A stretch of DNA of 64,000 nucleotides from Podarcis muralis (lineage: Eukaryota). Of this stretch, positions 1-13,131 are shown piece by piece. A program made the position numbers and the translations under genes. The stretch spans positions 88,412,001-88,476,000 of the forward strand of contig NC_135657.1 of assembly GCF_964188315.1 (NCBI RefSeq), read 5' to 3'. Numbering within the stretch: the stretch's first letter is position 1; the number at the start of each line of letters is the position of its first letter. The notes under the pieces were generated by a model that saw nothing but the letters and a program-made list of their open reading frames with translations, searched no databases and was not told the origin of the DNA.

Positions 1-96
1 CCTCGTTAAGTACATTTCCTAAGAATCGGACACATTACAGATTGCACTGCTAATTATATATGTACGTTTTGATTCCCTGCCGCTTTCCCCACCCAG

Positions 97-642
97 GCTC
101 AGCATGAGAAAATTATTTCCCAGCAGCAAGCTGTCATAATAGCTACACAGTCAACCCAAGCCCTGCTTGAGAAGCAAGGACACCATCTTTCTCCAGAGGA
201 AAAGGAGAAGATTCAAAGGAATATGAAGGAACTGAAGGTGCAGTATGAAACTGCCTTAGCGGAGTCGGAGCAGAAGCTGAAGTTGACTCGCTCTTTGCAG
301 GAGGAGCTTGAGAAGTTTGATGCAGACTATGGCGAGTTTGAAAGCTGGCTCCAGCAGGGAGAGCAAGAACTTGATAACCTGGAGACAGGTGCATCTGACT
401 TTAATGGGATTATCATCAAACTGAAAAGGCAGAAGAGTTTTTCAGAAGATGTCATTTCTCACAAAGGGGACTTGCGGTACATCACCATTTCTGGACAGAG
501 AGTATTGGATGCTGCTAAATCGTGTAATAAAAGAGAAGGTGTCAAATATGACAAGGATGGTATTGATACTTCTTCAACTTACATTGAGGTACAGAATAAG
601 CTGGATAGTGCAACTGGTCGCTTCAAATCTCTCTACTCTAAG
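97..642 (+). CDS. DST: Dystonin rod exon ([10 protein letters not shown]...RFKSLYSK), phase 0-0
   Basis: cccag acceptor 95-96, AAG|gtaaat donor; 546 nt open frame; spectrin-repeat peptide matching recalled vertebrate DST ([24 protein letters not shown]). Confidence 0.95.
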
Positions 643-964
643 GTAAATTGAGTCTGAATTCATGTGGAATGTGTATCCATGAGATAAACCTTTTAGTTCA
701 CTGAATTGTTACATGAAATTAAAAGCAGAATGCTTTCTGTAGAGGAGGAGCCTGTCTAAGGGTATTTTGTTGCTGCATCTCTCTGTATCTTATGTTTTCC
801 CTGTATCAGGCAAAATGTATAACTGAATTGAGGAAGCAGGATTAGGGTTTAGGTTTCTCCCTTTCACTCTCAGTTTGTGAGTTTCTACAGTCTCTTGTTC
901 CCACTTTTTGTTGTTACTCACTTCATTTTTATCTTACACTTTCTCCGTGAGCTCAGTCTCCACC

Positions 965-1135
965 CCCACCCGACCGCAGTTTATTCTCACAAGCTGAAAA
1001 GTAGGTTAGGTAGGTTAGGCTGTGAGTGAGGCCCAGGGTCACCCACTGAGCTTCATGGCTAAGCAGGGATTTCAGCCAGATTCTCTCATGTCCTAGCCTG
1101 ACATTCCCATGCACCACTTGTGAGCATTGCCAAAC
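965..1135 (-). mobile_element. tRNA-derived squamate SINE fragment (MIR/Squam3-like), degenerate
   Basis: gtaggttaggctg..cccagggtcacccactgagcttcatggct..gggattt motif shared with copy at 30908. Confidence 0.5.
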
Positions 1136-2854
1136 CAATTTACAGTGGAACCAGATATGATCCTAAAACCACATTCAAAACCTGGATATAATCAGGGTTC
1201 TCACAGTGAATTTGTGAGCATAACTGCTGTCATGTTAATTAGGCTTGGAAGTATTCCTCATCATCCCTAAACCATGTTTAAATCTTGCAGTTCAATTCAT
1301 TGCATGTTTCTTCAGAAGTAAGTCCCGCTGTGTTTAATGGAACTTGCTCCCTAGTAAGTTTGCTTAGGATTGCAGCTTTAATGTTAGTGTACTGGCTTTA
1401 TTTAATGATATATGGTGGGGGTGGTGTTATGTGAAATACTAAATTGCCCTATTCTGTATATTTTTCTGTATTGCACAATATTTGATCTTCTCAGGGAATC
1501 CCATTTGTTTTCTTACCGTTTACTCTGAGGCTTTTAAACGTGTGCTCTGAGACAACTTAGAACCAAATTTGGTCTCTGTAGCTATTTAAACAGCCCTTTT
1601 AGTGCGTTAAAAAGAGTATCTTTAAGTGCCTGAACACATGAATACAGAAAGTGGGTGGGAGCAGGGACACACAAACGCACACTCCATCCCCAATGTCCTC
1701 AGCTGTTGAGCTTTCCTGTGATGTGCTAATAAGCATTCTGCAGGTGACTTCTACTCATGTTCACTAGAATTCAGGTAGAACTCTTATAAAGAGTTGAACT
1801 CTGATAAAGCAGTGTCCTCAGTTGCATGGAGGAGTCTTTTTGTGTGCAAGTGAGCAGAAGTAGAAGCCCCTGGCACACTTCCTCTGTGCAACGTGGAAGG
1901 CTGGGGACTGCAGTAGTGTGATGTGTGTGAGGACATTGGGGAGTGGGGCTTGTGTGTGCAACCCTGTCCACACATTTAACAGTCCACATGTTCTGGTGAA
2001 TGCCTGAACACCCCTAAGGCAGCAGTCTGATTGCTTCAATATGTGCCCAAAGCACAGATCAAAGCTTTGCCACTCAGGTGACATTCTGTGGTGGTGTGGT
2101 AAGCAGAAATCTGGGTGATGCCATAAGATTACCACGTAGCCACAGGTTCAGCCCTTGCCACAAATGATAATCTAGAAATCGACTAGAAGTTTCATATGGC
2201 TGCCAGACATCAGCAGGTACCACTTTGACTACTGCTCTGCATTGTGCTGGGCTTCATATTTTAGCTAAAACACCACCATTGTACATATGCGGTGATGGAA
2301 GAGAGATAAAAACTGAGATACACATTAGCCAACACACAAAATAAATTTATTCTGGAATTCTCATTTTGTTCATTTAACTCAAACTTCTAAAACTTAGGTC
2401 TTCTCAGGATATACAAACTTCCAGGTTATGATTTTGTCTGCAAATCGTACTTGTCTGGCTTTTCAAATTTGACCACCAGATGGGGCCAATTGCAATAAAA
2501 ACCTCTCACATGAGTGTCAGAAGTTAGTGAGGAGGGAAATTTAAACAACACACGCAACACACTCTAAGCCAAACCTTAGCTATGCTTGATGCAGTGCAGC
2601 AGGAAAAAGGTTTCGTTTAGGGTGTCAGACAAAGCAGGCTTGTGTGTGCTTTCCATGTTCAGCCGTTACTGGAGCAGTATGAAAAGGCATTGTTATTGCA
2701 TAAATATCTTGCAGTATGAGCTAAGCAGAGTATTTGAATTACCATTACAAGATGTTTTCAAATCGCCTAAGTCTTTTAGCTAGTAATATTATATACAAAT
2801 GCTTTAAAGTATATATCCATTCTTGAACACCGTTTTCTCTCTGTGCACTTCTAG

Positions 2855-3031
2855 TGCAGTATCCTTGGAAATAACCTCAAAGATCTGGTAGATAAATACC
2901 AGAATTATGAGGACACCTCATCTGGGCTTCTGACGGGACTTCAAGCCTCTGAAGAAGCTGTGAATAAACAGTTGTCTGAGGCAGTTGCTGTAGATCCAAA
3001 AAATCTCCAGAGACAACTAGAAGAAACCAAG
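2855..3031 (+). CDS. DST: Dystonin exon ([15 protein letters not shown]...QRQLEETK), phase 0-0
   Basis: ttctag acceptor, AAG|gtaaac donor, 177 nt; not in ORF track, translated by hand. Confidence 0.93.
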
Positions 3032-3716
3032 GTAAACCAAGTGAAAAAAAAATCTCCAGAGCTGTTGTATTTCAAGAAAAAGCAGTTTATAGAATAAAGG
3101 AAGGCCATGTTCCCCTTTGGTGTATGTGTGTTTGGGGGGGGAGGGGAGGTGTACATTAGTTGAACATGTCAGATTTAGAAAAAAATAATGCTGATTGTTA
3201 CAAGGGAAACCTGGAAGTGTCCTGTCAATGAAACTTTTTTGATCATTATCTCTTTGGCTTCCAACTTGTTCATGGGACCCCAAGTGCTTATTGAACATTG
3301 TGGCTATATGTCAGGGGTCCCGAACCTTTTTGAGCCTGGGTGCACATTTGGAAAGCTAAGGAACAGTTGTGGGCCAAAACATCCATCTCACATGGTGGGG
3401 CGGGGGGACCCACCACTCACGCTCGGATCTGATCCAACCACCACACAAATAAAATGGACAAAAAGTGTAAGCAATCCCCCACGCCCCCCCCAAAAACCCT
3501 CTCAACAAAATAAAACCCAGTAAATTTAGAAAGGACATTGAAAGGGCAAGTGGCCTCATCAGGGACCAACAGTGTCTGTCTAAGAAAACCAGAAGTAGAA
3601 TCAGGACAATGTATATGTTTTTACTCCTTTTTATCCTCCCCACACCCCTGCAAGGTAGATTATATTGAGAGATAACGAGTGACTCAATATAACCTAGAGC
3701 ATATCATAGTTTAGTA

Positions 3717-4202
3717 CGGTGCTTTTTTTCTAGACAAAAAGGTGTCAGAACGCACCTCCCGCAGAAGGCCACCCCAGAGCCCAAAGAGGATCTCTTTGGA
3801 CTTGTGGGGGGGTGTCTCCTCATGAGCCAGAGGCTTGTTGAGGATGCTTATCTGAGGTGCGTCTTCCTTGCCTCAGCTGAGCAGCTTAATGAGTCCCCGC
3901 CCCCACCTCTCTGGCTCTTATGAGCAATGGGGCTTGCTCAGCTGAGGCTCGGCTTTCCCACATGTTAGCTGGCAGGGGAAAAAGACTCAGCAAAGCACCT
4001 CTGTGCCTCCAGCTCACCAGGAAACCCTCTCCAGAGCATGAAGCGGATGTCTCCTTTTGGGCTCTGGGGAGAGTCCCCTAATGAGCTAGAGGTGCAGCAG
4101 GGCTTTGCTGAGGTTGTTTGGGGTCCTCCGCACTTCCAGGGCCCAGTTGACATGTGCCGGAACAGCGTTCCAGAATGTTCTGACAGGGGGAAAAATGTCC
4201 TA
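3717..4202. mobile_element. hAT-type non-autonomous element
   Basis: Termini cggtgctttttttctag ... ggaaaaatgtccta, internal gtgccggaac motif, near-perfect 8-bp TSD gtttag(t/a)a. Confidence 0.55.
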
Positions 4203-4307
4203 GTTTAGAAGGGATTTGATCTCAGTCTCCTCGGTCCAAGCCCAGCACGCCTACTCAGAGTCACTGCATCACGCTGGCATCAGGGGGGAAAAATCACAAT
4301 TCAAGTA

Positions 4308-4895
4308 CAGTGGTACCTCAGTTTACAAACACTTTGGGTTACGGACTCCGCTAACCCAGAAGTAGTACCTCAGGTTAAGAACTTTACTGCAGGATGAGAA
4401 CCTAAATCGTGCGGTGGCAGCAGCAGGAGGCCCCATTAGCTAAAGTGGTACCTCAGGTTAAGAACGGTTTCAGGTTAAGAATGGACCTCCAGAACCGATT
4501 GAGTTCTTAACCAGAGGTAAAGGTAAAGGTACCCCTGCCCATATGGGCCAGTCTTGACAGACTCTGGGGTTGTGTGCCCATCTCACTTAAGAGGCCGGGG
4601 GCCAGCGCTGTCCGGAGACACTTCCAGGTCACGTGGCCAGCGTGACAAAGCCGCATCTGGCGAGCCAGCGCAGCACACGGAACGCCGTTTACCTTCCCGC
4701 TGGTAAGCGGTCCCTATTTATCTACTTGCACCCGGGGGTGCTTTCAAACTGCTAGGTTGGCAGGCGCTGGGACCGAGCAACGGGAGCGCACCCCGCCGCG
4801 GGGATTCGAACCGCGACCTTTCGATCGGCAAGCCCTAGGCGCTGAGGCTTTTACCCACAGCGCCACCCGCGTCCCTCTAACCAGAGGTACCACCG
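4308..4895. mobile_element. Tc1/mariner (Tigger-like) MITE interrupted by a Sauria SINE
   Basis: TA|cagtggtacctc ... gaggtaccaccg|TA; same family as 12916-13131 in opposite orientation. Confidence 0.8.
4516..4875 (-). mobile_element. Sauria SINE, full length, subfamily A
   Basis: Minus strand starts gggacgcgggtggcgctg, B-box ggttcgaatcc, ends (ACCTTT)n; flanking duplication tct(t)aaccaga. Confidence 0.9.
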
Positions 4896-5663
4896 TATTT
4901 GTGTGGAGAGAGGAAACAACAACAACATGGACACTTCTTCATAAGAAGTTTTTTTGTTTGTTTTTTTTAAAAAGAGAACTGGATTAAGGTAGATGAAACA
5001 TTCTCTTTATCTGGAGTTCTTTCCTCCAAATCCTCCTGGTTCCCGACAAAAGTTATCTCTTGTGACATAAAGCAGAAGTAGCGCTATAGGCAGAACAGAG
5101 AGGGCTCTCCATCTGCAGCCTGCCCACTTTACCACCCCAAAGGCCGACTGACATCACAGATTGCGTTTTTAATAACAAAACTCTCTTCCCATGGATGGGT
5201 AACTGCTTTTATGTGACAGGGAAGCTCTGTTTATGGCAGTTGGTTAGGAGAGCCTGTTTTTTTTAAAATGAAATGCTTATCACAGTGGTAGCCAAGTTGC
5301 AATTTTAATGTATAGCATGAAAAGCATAGTCATTGCGTAAGTCCCATTGTAGTAAACGGGAGCTATGCAAAAAAAGGGCAGTAAGCAAAATATCTTGGGC
5401 TGCAAATTGCGCTTGCCCATCAAGATAAGAAGTGCCTGTTCTGGATCAGCTCATGGTTTCATTTAGTGTAGCTTTCTATCATCCCGAGTAGCCAACTGGA
5501 TTCTGCTCAGAAGTTCCCCAGCAGAGCAAGATGTGTATTGTCATCTGTAAGATGTTTAATGGTGTCTGCCAAGCCAACCTTACTGTTATTGTGTGCCTGT
5601 GTGTGTGTACATACACACACAAGTTAGCAAGCAGTAGAATTGAAAAGTTGTACATTTTTACAG

Positions 5664-5787
5664 GTGCTTCAGGGGCAGGTGTCCGGTCACCAGGTTGCTG
5701 TAGAGAAACTGAAAAAAGCTGCCGAAGTGCTTTTTGACACCAGGGGAGAGTTACTGCCAGACAAAGATGAAATCCAGAATACCCTGG
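5664..5787 (+). CDS. DST: Dystonin exon ([18 protein letters not shown]...IQNTL), phase 0-1
   Basis: tttacag acceptor, G|gtaaga donor, 124 nt. Confidence 0.93.
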
Positions 5788-6249
5788 GTAAGATGAGTAA
5801 CTGTCTTCTCCGTTTTCTTCTTTCATTGCTCATATTTGTAGACTGGAGAAGATACTAAGTGGTGGTTGCCTCCTGGCCTCCTACAACTCAGCTATTTTTA
5901 CCATTATTATTTTTTAAGGCAAAGGGCATAATTCACTGAATCAGGCGGAGCAGTTGTTTAGCTCTCAGCCCATGAAAATCAGCAGGACTTAGTAGTGCTC
6001 AGGTTTGGCTGGGTCATGTCCCTATAAAGTAACGCCAAACCGTATGTGACAGTGACAGGCCCGTGTCTAAATGCAGGTCTGCTGCAGTCGCATGTTACAA
6101 ATGGGATGAGTGAGCCATTTTCAAGGGCAAAAGGGTGGAGGGGAGATGTGTTGAAGTTGCTTATGTGAGACTCTCAGTAGCTTTCCCATGAGGCACTGAT
6201 CAGGTTTTCCCCTGCTTAGCTTCAATAGCTTCAGGTGATCCTAGGGCAG

Positions 6250-6374
6250 CATTGGGGTACCTGGGCCCTCCAGGTGCCATCGAATTCCAGCTCCCGTCAG
6301 CCCCACCCAGTGGTCAGGGATGATGGGCATTGTGTTCCAGCAACATTTGGAGGACCACGGGTTCCCCATGTCTG
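6250..6374. mobile_element. Palindromic ~135-bp hAT MITE (degenerate)
   Basis: ggccctccag...catttggaggaccacgggttcccc; same family as intact copy at 63314. Confidence 0.65.
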
Positions 6375-6376
6375 TT

Positions 6377-7318
6377 CTCCAGTCTGGAGGTGACCGTCGC
6401 GTGGATCACAGTGGCTAGGTCAGGGCGAGAGCGGTAAGGAGCCAACTGCTTAGCTTGGCGGAGATGAAAAAATGCCGCCTTTGTTGTAGCTGCAATCTGC
6501 ACCTCCATGGAAAGGGAGGTGTCGAAGATTACACCCAAACTCTTAACGGATGGTGTTGGCACTAATTGCGCCCCCGCAAGAGATGGGAGTTGCCCCCCCA
6601 ATCCCATATCGTCCCTTCCCAGCCAAAGGACCTCTGTCTTCGAAGGATTTAACTTCAACCGGCTCCCAGCCACAGCTTCCAAACATCTGATCAGTGTGTC
6701 TGGGGCCGAGTCAGGATGGCCATCCATCAACAGATAGAGTTGGGTGTCATCAGCATACTGATGGCAGCCCAGCCCAAAACTCCGGACAAGCTGGGCGAGG
6801 GGGCGCATAAAGATGTTGAAAAGCATTGGGGAGAGTATTGCACCCTGAGGCACTCCACACACCAAGGAGTGGCGCGATGACAGTTCCCCCCCAAGCGCCA
6901 CCCTCTGTCCCCGACCAGAGAGAAACGAGCGCAGCCATTGAAGGACTGTGTCCTGGATCCCCACGTCGGCAAGGCGGTGGTCCTGGAGTTCGTGATCGAC
7001 CATATCAAAAGCTGCTGACAGATCTAGAAGAATCAGCAGCCCCGACCCGCCTCGATCCAGCTGCCTACGGAGATCATCTGTTAGGGCGACCAGAGCCGTC
7101 TCGGTCCCATGACCAGCGCGGAAGCCGGACTGGAATGGATCCAGGGCCGATGTTTCACCCAGAAACCCACCAAGCTGTTCAGTAACCGCTCTCTCAATCA
7201 CCTTACCCAGGAATGGAAGGTTCGAAACCGGGCGGTAATTGGATAGATCTAAAGGATCTAATGATGTTTTCTTTAAGAGCGGACGCACCACTGCCTCCTT
7301 CAATTCCCCTGGGAAGTG
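6377..7318 (-). mobile_element. L2 LINE reverse transcriptase fragment, truncated at both ends
   Basis: NYRPVSNLPFLGKV, FQSGFRAGHGTETAL, LLDLSAAFD, GVPQGAILSP, YADDTQLY motifs; no stop codons. Confidence 0.92.
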
Positions 7319-7440
7319 CTAATCATATGTAAACATTTATAGTTAAGAAGAGTAGTATCGCTTTCCAGTTCATCACATCTATATGTCTTTATACAAATAT
7401 TATTTACCACTATACCATTTTTTAAAAAATCAAATTAGTT

Positions 7441-7442
<2 letters not shown>

Positions 7443-7525
<83 letters not shown>
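7443..7525. repeat. Compound (CT)n(CA)n microsatellite
   Basis: Directly visible. Confidence 0.98.
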
Positions 7526-7526
<1 letters not shown>

Positions 7527-9642
7527 TAAAAAGTTAAGATCAGAGGCCATCAACTATCTATTATTCAAAGGCCAGCATAGGCATTAACTGTGCATGTTCA
7601 TAATTTGTTTTCCTGTTTCAAGCCGGAAAGGAATTAGGGGAAATGACACACAGTTCAGTGATATTTCTACTTGTAATAATAATCAAATATGCTGAAACAG
7701 AGAAACTGTTACCAAGAAGTGCAGAGGTAATGACGGGTTAAACTAAACTTTGGATTCATGGGTGATCTTGTGGTTTCAGTGAGTTAAAGAGACACACATC
7801 CTAAGAGTCTGGAGAAGAGGATATCTGAGCTGATTGAGGTTTCTTTTAAAATTATAACTGTTCTGCCCTAGCAGCCATATGAGATTACTGGAATATGTAT
7901 AAAGGCCTGCAAGAGAAAGCTGGCTATGCAGACTTAAGCCTTTAATTCCCTGGTTCCAACCGTCAAGTATGCGAAGTCCATCTGTTTAACATCCTGCTGT
8001 TACAAGTTAATGTATTAAAATATTGCAATACCTCTTTTCATACTCATGCCTGGCACTGCTTAACCTGCTAAATTTTTGGTGGTTTGTTTTTCAGTGCTCC
8101 GTCTGATATTTTTCTAGCTGCTTTTCTAGCTATTTGTGTCTGATATTTGATGAATAAAGAATGTGTAAAAAGAAAGCGGGAAACACGACACTGCAGAATT
8201 TCTGGGGAACCCCCCCCCCCCATTTCAGATTCCCTCACCAGCTACATCCCTTCCTCGCTTTGCACCCTCCTTGAGGATAGAAAAGAGTATGGGAGTGTGT
8301 GTAGAGACTAGCCTATTGTACAAAGACAAAATTTACATTCATTACTCTGCCTGCTTTTGCCTCTGTTACAGCGCACCACTGGCATGTTGTCCCTGGAAGC
8401 TTGCCCAGAAAATAATGCTGCCCACAGGCTGAAAAGGGTTCCCCATTCCTGCTGTACAGAATAAAAGCCAGGTTGTATTTACCTGGCTTCGAGATGTAGG
8501 GTAGTTCTGAGCAACTGATAGAATTGTCCCCTTTATGAGACAGTGATATTAGTTGCTAAAACCAATCCGCAGGAAGAACAGATGAAATCCTTCTTTTGTA
8601 GAATATTGCCCTTTGACTTCGGACCTCAGCAGTCTTTTGGAACATTTGCTTTTTAGATAACCTCTTTCTTTTAGATATTTTGCAATCTGCCTTTTTAAAA
8701 CGCTCTCAGAAAAAAATAACTTTTATCTATGAGTCCCCTATGCTGTGAACTTTTAAGGTTCAGTTTCTAAGGTTCAGTTTCACTTGAGAGAACCTCCAGT
8801 AGAAAATTCTGCATCCTTCTGGGGCTACTCTGAGAGCCAAGCTACTGTTTACCTGCTTGTATTAACTGGCCTCTTCTATATTGTGTGGTATGCTCCTTGT
8901 TGCTAGTTATTGGTCATATCGGCCAGCTGTTTGCAAATACTAAATTCTGAAGAATACTCCTTAGGCAAATCTTTAGGTGTGGATTGGGAAAGTGAGTTAG
9001 AAGAACTTTTTTGGGAGTGGGGACTGTTCCTTAAGAGGAGAGAGACTGTGTTATTTCCAATGAGTGTTCCAGAATATGTGGGATACAGGCAGCTACAGGG
9101 ATTTTTTTAAAAAAGTTGAAACCGGGGGGGGGGGGGGGGAGAGACACCTCCACCACTTTGTCTAGTTGCCTATCCTGCTCCAAAACTTAGGGGAAATTTC
9201 TCCTGCCTGTCTTCAAAGGGATTATGTTTTCAACTCTCTTTCTTGTGCAGGATTGAAAGAAGCTTGGCCGAAAATAGCGACCCAGCAATACTTTGAATGT
9301 GTGTTTTACATGCAAAGTATTGCTTTGCTGGTATTTTTGGCTAACCTTTCAGTGTTAAGGCTCTTGTAAAATTGACACTTGCGTAGATAAGAGAATATGG
9401 TCAGGTGCAGCTTTTCAAACTCCTGCCCCAGTGTGCCAAGGCAAACTACACTTTATGGATTAGCTTCTCTTCTTCCCCAATAACTTGTTTAAGGTACCGG
9501 AGCTATCTTTGACGTATTACAAAATTTGAGGTTCAATTCCATTGACTCCAGTCATAGGGTGTTAGGGAGCAGGATTGGCAAAGACTTGTGCCTGAGACCC
9601 TGAAGTGCTGTTCCTAATTGCAGTAAATTATGTTGTGTTAGC

Positions 9643-9769
9643 CCTGGGGTTGTGAACCTGTGGCCCTCCAGATGTTGTTTGATTCCAATTTCAGCCCCCG
9701 TGGCCAATGGTACCAGGGTGATGGGAATTGTTGTCCAACCACATCTGGGTGGCTATGGCTAAATCCCTG
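9643..9769. mobile_element. Palindromic hAT MITE (degenerate)
   Basis: aacctgtggccctccagatgttg ... acatctgg ... ccctg. Confidence 0.6.
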
Positions 9770-9870
9770 ATTTAGCTGGACTATTGGCATAACTCTGCCA
9801 AAGGCAGTTGCTTGTATTCTAAAATGGTTGTGAACTTATAAACTATCCTTTATCTACTTGTTTCTTTCAG

Positions 9871-10079
9871 ATACTATTGTGGATAAGTATAACCACTTAT
9901 CCAAAGCAGTGAATGACCGGAATGAGAAACTTCAGATCACTCTGACACGTTCATTAAGCGTCCAGGATGGATTGGATGAAATGCTTGATTGGATGAATGG
10001 TGTTGAGAAGAGTCTTGAGGAGCAAGGTCAAGTGCCTTTGAATTCTTCTGTAATTCAGGATGTCATTAGTAAAAGTATG
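9871..10079 (+). CDS. DST: Dystonin exon (DTIVDKY...VISKSM), phase 1-0
   Basis: tttctttcag acceptor, ATG|gtgagt donor; [22 protein letters not shown]. Confidence 0.95.
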
Positions 10080-10900
10080 GTGAGTTAGTTTTTAGCAGAG
10101 CAAATTTTCCTCCTAATGCCAGGAACTTAAAGCGCAAAATGGGGGTGGGGGAAATCAAGATACTGAAAATAAGTTTTCATTAATTCAGATATCTGAACAA
10201 AATTCAGTCTTAAAACAGCGTTTCATTGTGGCAGACTTCCACAAATCCAAATATACTATCAGGGTCGGCACAGGGGGCTGCACAAAACCATTGGTCATCA
10301 CTTCTGCAGCTATTGAGTAATGACTACCTTTTCTAAGAATAGCAATAAACAAATCTGTCTCTTTTAATTTCATATTTTTCCAATAAGTTCCGTTTGTTAC
10401 ATTTCTGCGTCAGTTCGATTTTTTTTAACAAAGTCATCACAACAGTTCATTAGCATTTTTGTGTGCCTTTCTCCTAAATGTACACATATATGTGTGCAAT
10501 TTTGCCCGATATACACGTTTTTGTAGGCAATTTTTGCCTGTTAGGCAGTTTTGTGTGCTACATTCATTGAATTTTTATAAATATTTCATGCTAATGTACG
10601 CAGTTGTGTATAGTTTTTTTTAGTTTGAGAGCTGCATTGGTAAATTTGGAGACTTGCAAAGGATAGCTGTGCTTTTGCTTCACATATTCTTTCATGCTCA
10701 CCTTTAAATGCAATTCAAGTTTCTTCCGCATCTTTATCTTTGGGGTTCTTCCTCATTGCCACTTCTTGTTTGTGGATTCCATTGCTTCAGAAACTGACTA
10801 CAGGAAGTGCAGTTATTTACATCAGCTTGCAATCACTTCATTTACATAGAGATGCACCCATGAGTATGGCTGTCTTCTCAGACTTATCTATTTATCCCAG

Positions 10901-11218
10901 GCTCTAGAACAAGACATTGTGGGTCGGCAAAGTAGCCTAAATGCCATGAAAGAAAAGTTGAACAAATTCATGGAAACAACAGACCCATCCACTGCATCCT
11001 CTTTACAAGCTAAAATGAACGAACTTTCTCAGCGGTTTTGTGAAGCAAATAATAAACACAGGAAAAAACTTGAAAAGTTGGAGGGATTGAAGACCAAAGT
11101 GGAGCTGTTTGAGTGCCTCACTGATAAACTCCAGTCATTCTTGGACAAGAAAACTCAGGCTCTCAGCGAGGCTGACATCCCAGGAAAAGACGTTACTGAG
11201 ATGTCCTTATATGTGCAG
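10901..11218 (+). CDS. DST: Dystonin exon ([10 protein letters not shown]...SLYVQ), phase 0-0
   Basis: tatcccag acceptor, CAG|gtactg donor, 318 nt; [18 protein letters not shown]. Confidence 0.95.
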
Positions 11219-11398
11219 GTACTGTAGATTTTTACTGATGTGAGCCCTACATTGCCCCTTACTGAGCAAGCAGTACAATGGCTGGCGTAACTATGCCACC
11301 CACAATTATAAGAGAACCTGCTGAGTCCAAGGAATAAATTTTGAACACCGTGCAGTGTGTTCAGGTGTGAAGCAATTACTTTCTTGTCCATTTTAAAG

Positions 11399-11565
11399 GA
11401 AACCAACACTGAACTGATGGAGCAGAAAAAAGATCTTGAAAATTTGCAACACCTCATTGAAGAACTCTCTCCTCATGCTCTTCCTGGAGACAGGTCATTA
11501 GTGTTAGAAAAAGTAAATGCCCTGTCAAAGAAATTCAAGGAAATGGAAGAGACTATACGAGAAAA
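11399..11565 (+). CDS. DST: Dystonin exon (ETNTELMEQKK...TIREK), phase 0-2
   Basis: ttttaaag acceptor, AA|gtgagt donor, 167 nt. Confidence 0.92.
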
Positions 11566-12722
11566 GTGAGTACAATAATCAAATTTTAGAATAGTGTGTG
11601 CTGATGGTGGTGGCGGTGATGAAAATAATCAGGGTTGTCAATGAGTAAATAATTTCTGCTGATTATCTGTCTTGTGACTGATTTATTTTTACCTAATTAC
11701 AATAATTTCCATGTGCATATTTCAAACACTTCATTATAGGTGCCTTTTTGAGGTAACTTAGAATTTGATAAATAAAATATCCCACTCAATACTAGAAGTT
11801 AATCTTTAATACCCCCCCATAGTGTACAGCAGAATCAAAATAGGCTCAGCAAAGCATGCCTTGAACTTGTAATCTTGCCAATTCATCAGTCAACCAACCA
11901 ACCAACCAACCAAAGGGTTACCAATTACACATATTAAATGCTGCAACTATAAAAGTGAGAGTTCCAAATAATGTGATGCACAGACCTATAAGACGGTTGT
12001 GGTGTGTTTTGCAGTTTCATAAAGTGAAGGAGAAGTTACTGGCTTGTAACAATATTGCAGAATTAAGAAACACTCGTCATGCTAAGCCAAACCATAGCTT
12101 TGCATAGATGCACAAGTGTATGGGTTCTCTTCTCTAGGATATGATAAGCAGTATGATAAGCAAATATGTGGCTCAGCATGGTGCAAGCAGCAAAAGAACT
12201 AGAAATGCTGAGCCATAGTTTGGTGCGGCATGTTTTCTGGAGAAAACTAAATCATGAGCCCAATTCTAGATGATATGATAAGCAAATATGTGGCTTAGCT
12301 CAGCATGGCGCAGGGAGGAGTGAAGTGGCTGGGATTTCATCTCCAGGAACTTGTGTGCACCAACCAGACAACAGTAAAAATACAGTAATAATATATAAGG
12401 AAATGCCACTAGTTGGGCTGAGATCTAAAGGGCCGGGTGTGATGGTTTGCATGTACATTGTGACAAGCCCCTGTTAGTCCATCAAGACTCTCACTTTGGA
12501 GCAGCATTTGAAATGTGAGATGTGGTATGAGGGGCTGTAGTCTGAAAGGAACACTTGCAACCCTTCTGTGCATAAATAGGAGTGCTTTCAGTCCCGGCTA
12601 TACATACAGGTTGTTAATACAGCCCATATTATAGTTTTATCTAGAAGAAGGATTTGCCTACATTATCCCGAGAACAAGGAGACTATCTCTCCCATATCCC
12701 TTCCTTATTTTCAATTGTGCAG

Positions 12723-12879
12723 AGAAGAGGATGTGTCCTCTTGCCAGAAGCAGATGGATGAGTTCAATCTTCATGTAGAATCTTTGAAGAAATGGGTAGA
12801 TGAGATGACGGAAAGAATCCCAGCTATCCAGCCCTCTTTGAATGTGGAGAATTTAAACAAACATTTGCAGAACACCAAG
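12723..12879 (+). CDS. DST: Dystonin exon (EEDVSSCQKQ...LQNTK), phase 2-0
   Basis: tgtgcag acceptor, AAG|gtgaga donor, 157 nt; phase continuous with neighbours. Confidence 0.9.
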
Positions 12880-12915
12880 GTGAGAGACTTCTTATCATTT
12901 CTGACAATTTCATTA

Positions 12916-13131
12916 CAGTGGTACCTCAGGTTAAGAACTTAATTCGTTCTGGAGGTCTGTTCTTAACCTGAAACTGTTCTTAAGCTAAAGCACCACTTTA
13001 GCCAATGCTGCCACTGCGCCGCCGCTGCATAATTTCTGTTCTCATCCTGAAGCAAAGTTCTTAACCCAAGGTACTATTTCTGTATTAGTGGAGTCTGTAA
13101 CCTGAAGCATATGTAACTCGAGGTACCACTG
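12916..13131. mobile_element. Tc1/mariner (Tigger-like) MITE
   Basis: TA|cagtggtacctc ... gaggtaccactg|TA terminal inverted repeats with TA TSD. Confidence 0.85.

Noticed and set aside
3312-3650. hAT-like element starting caggggtcccgaacc
   Set aside because: The left end is plausible, but I found no matching right TIR with an 8-bp TSD.
4757-4987. Recurrent ORFs such as MAGAGTEQRERTPPRGFEP (also 30569-30860, 49440-49667, 57949-58416)
   Set aside because: Chance translations of Sauria SINE sequence.
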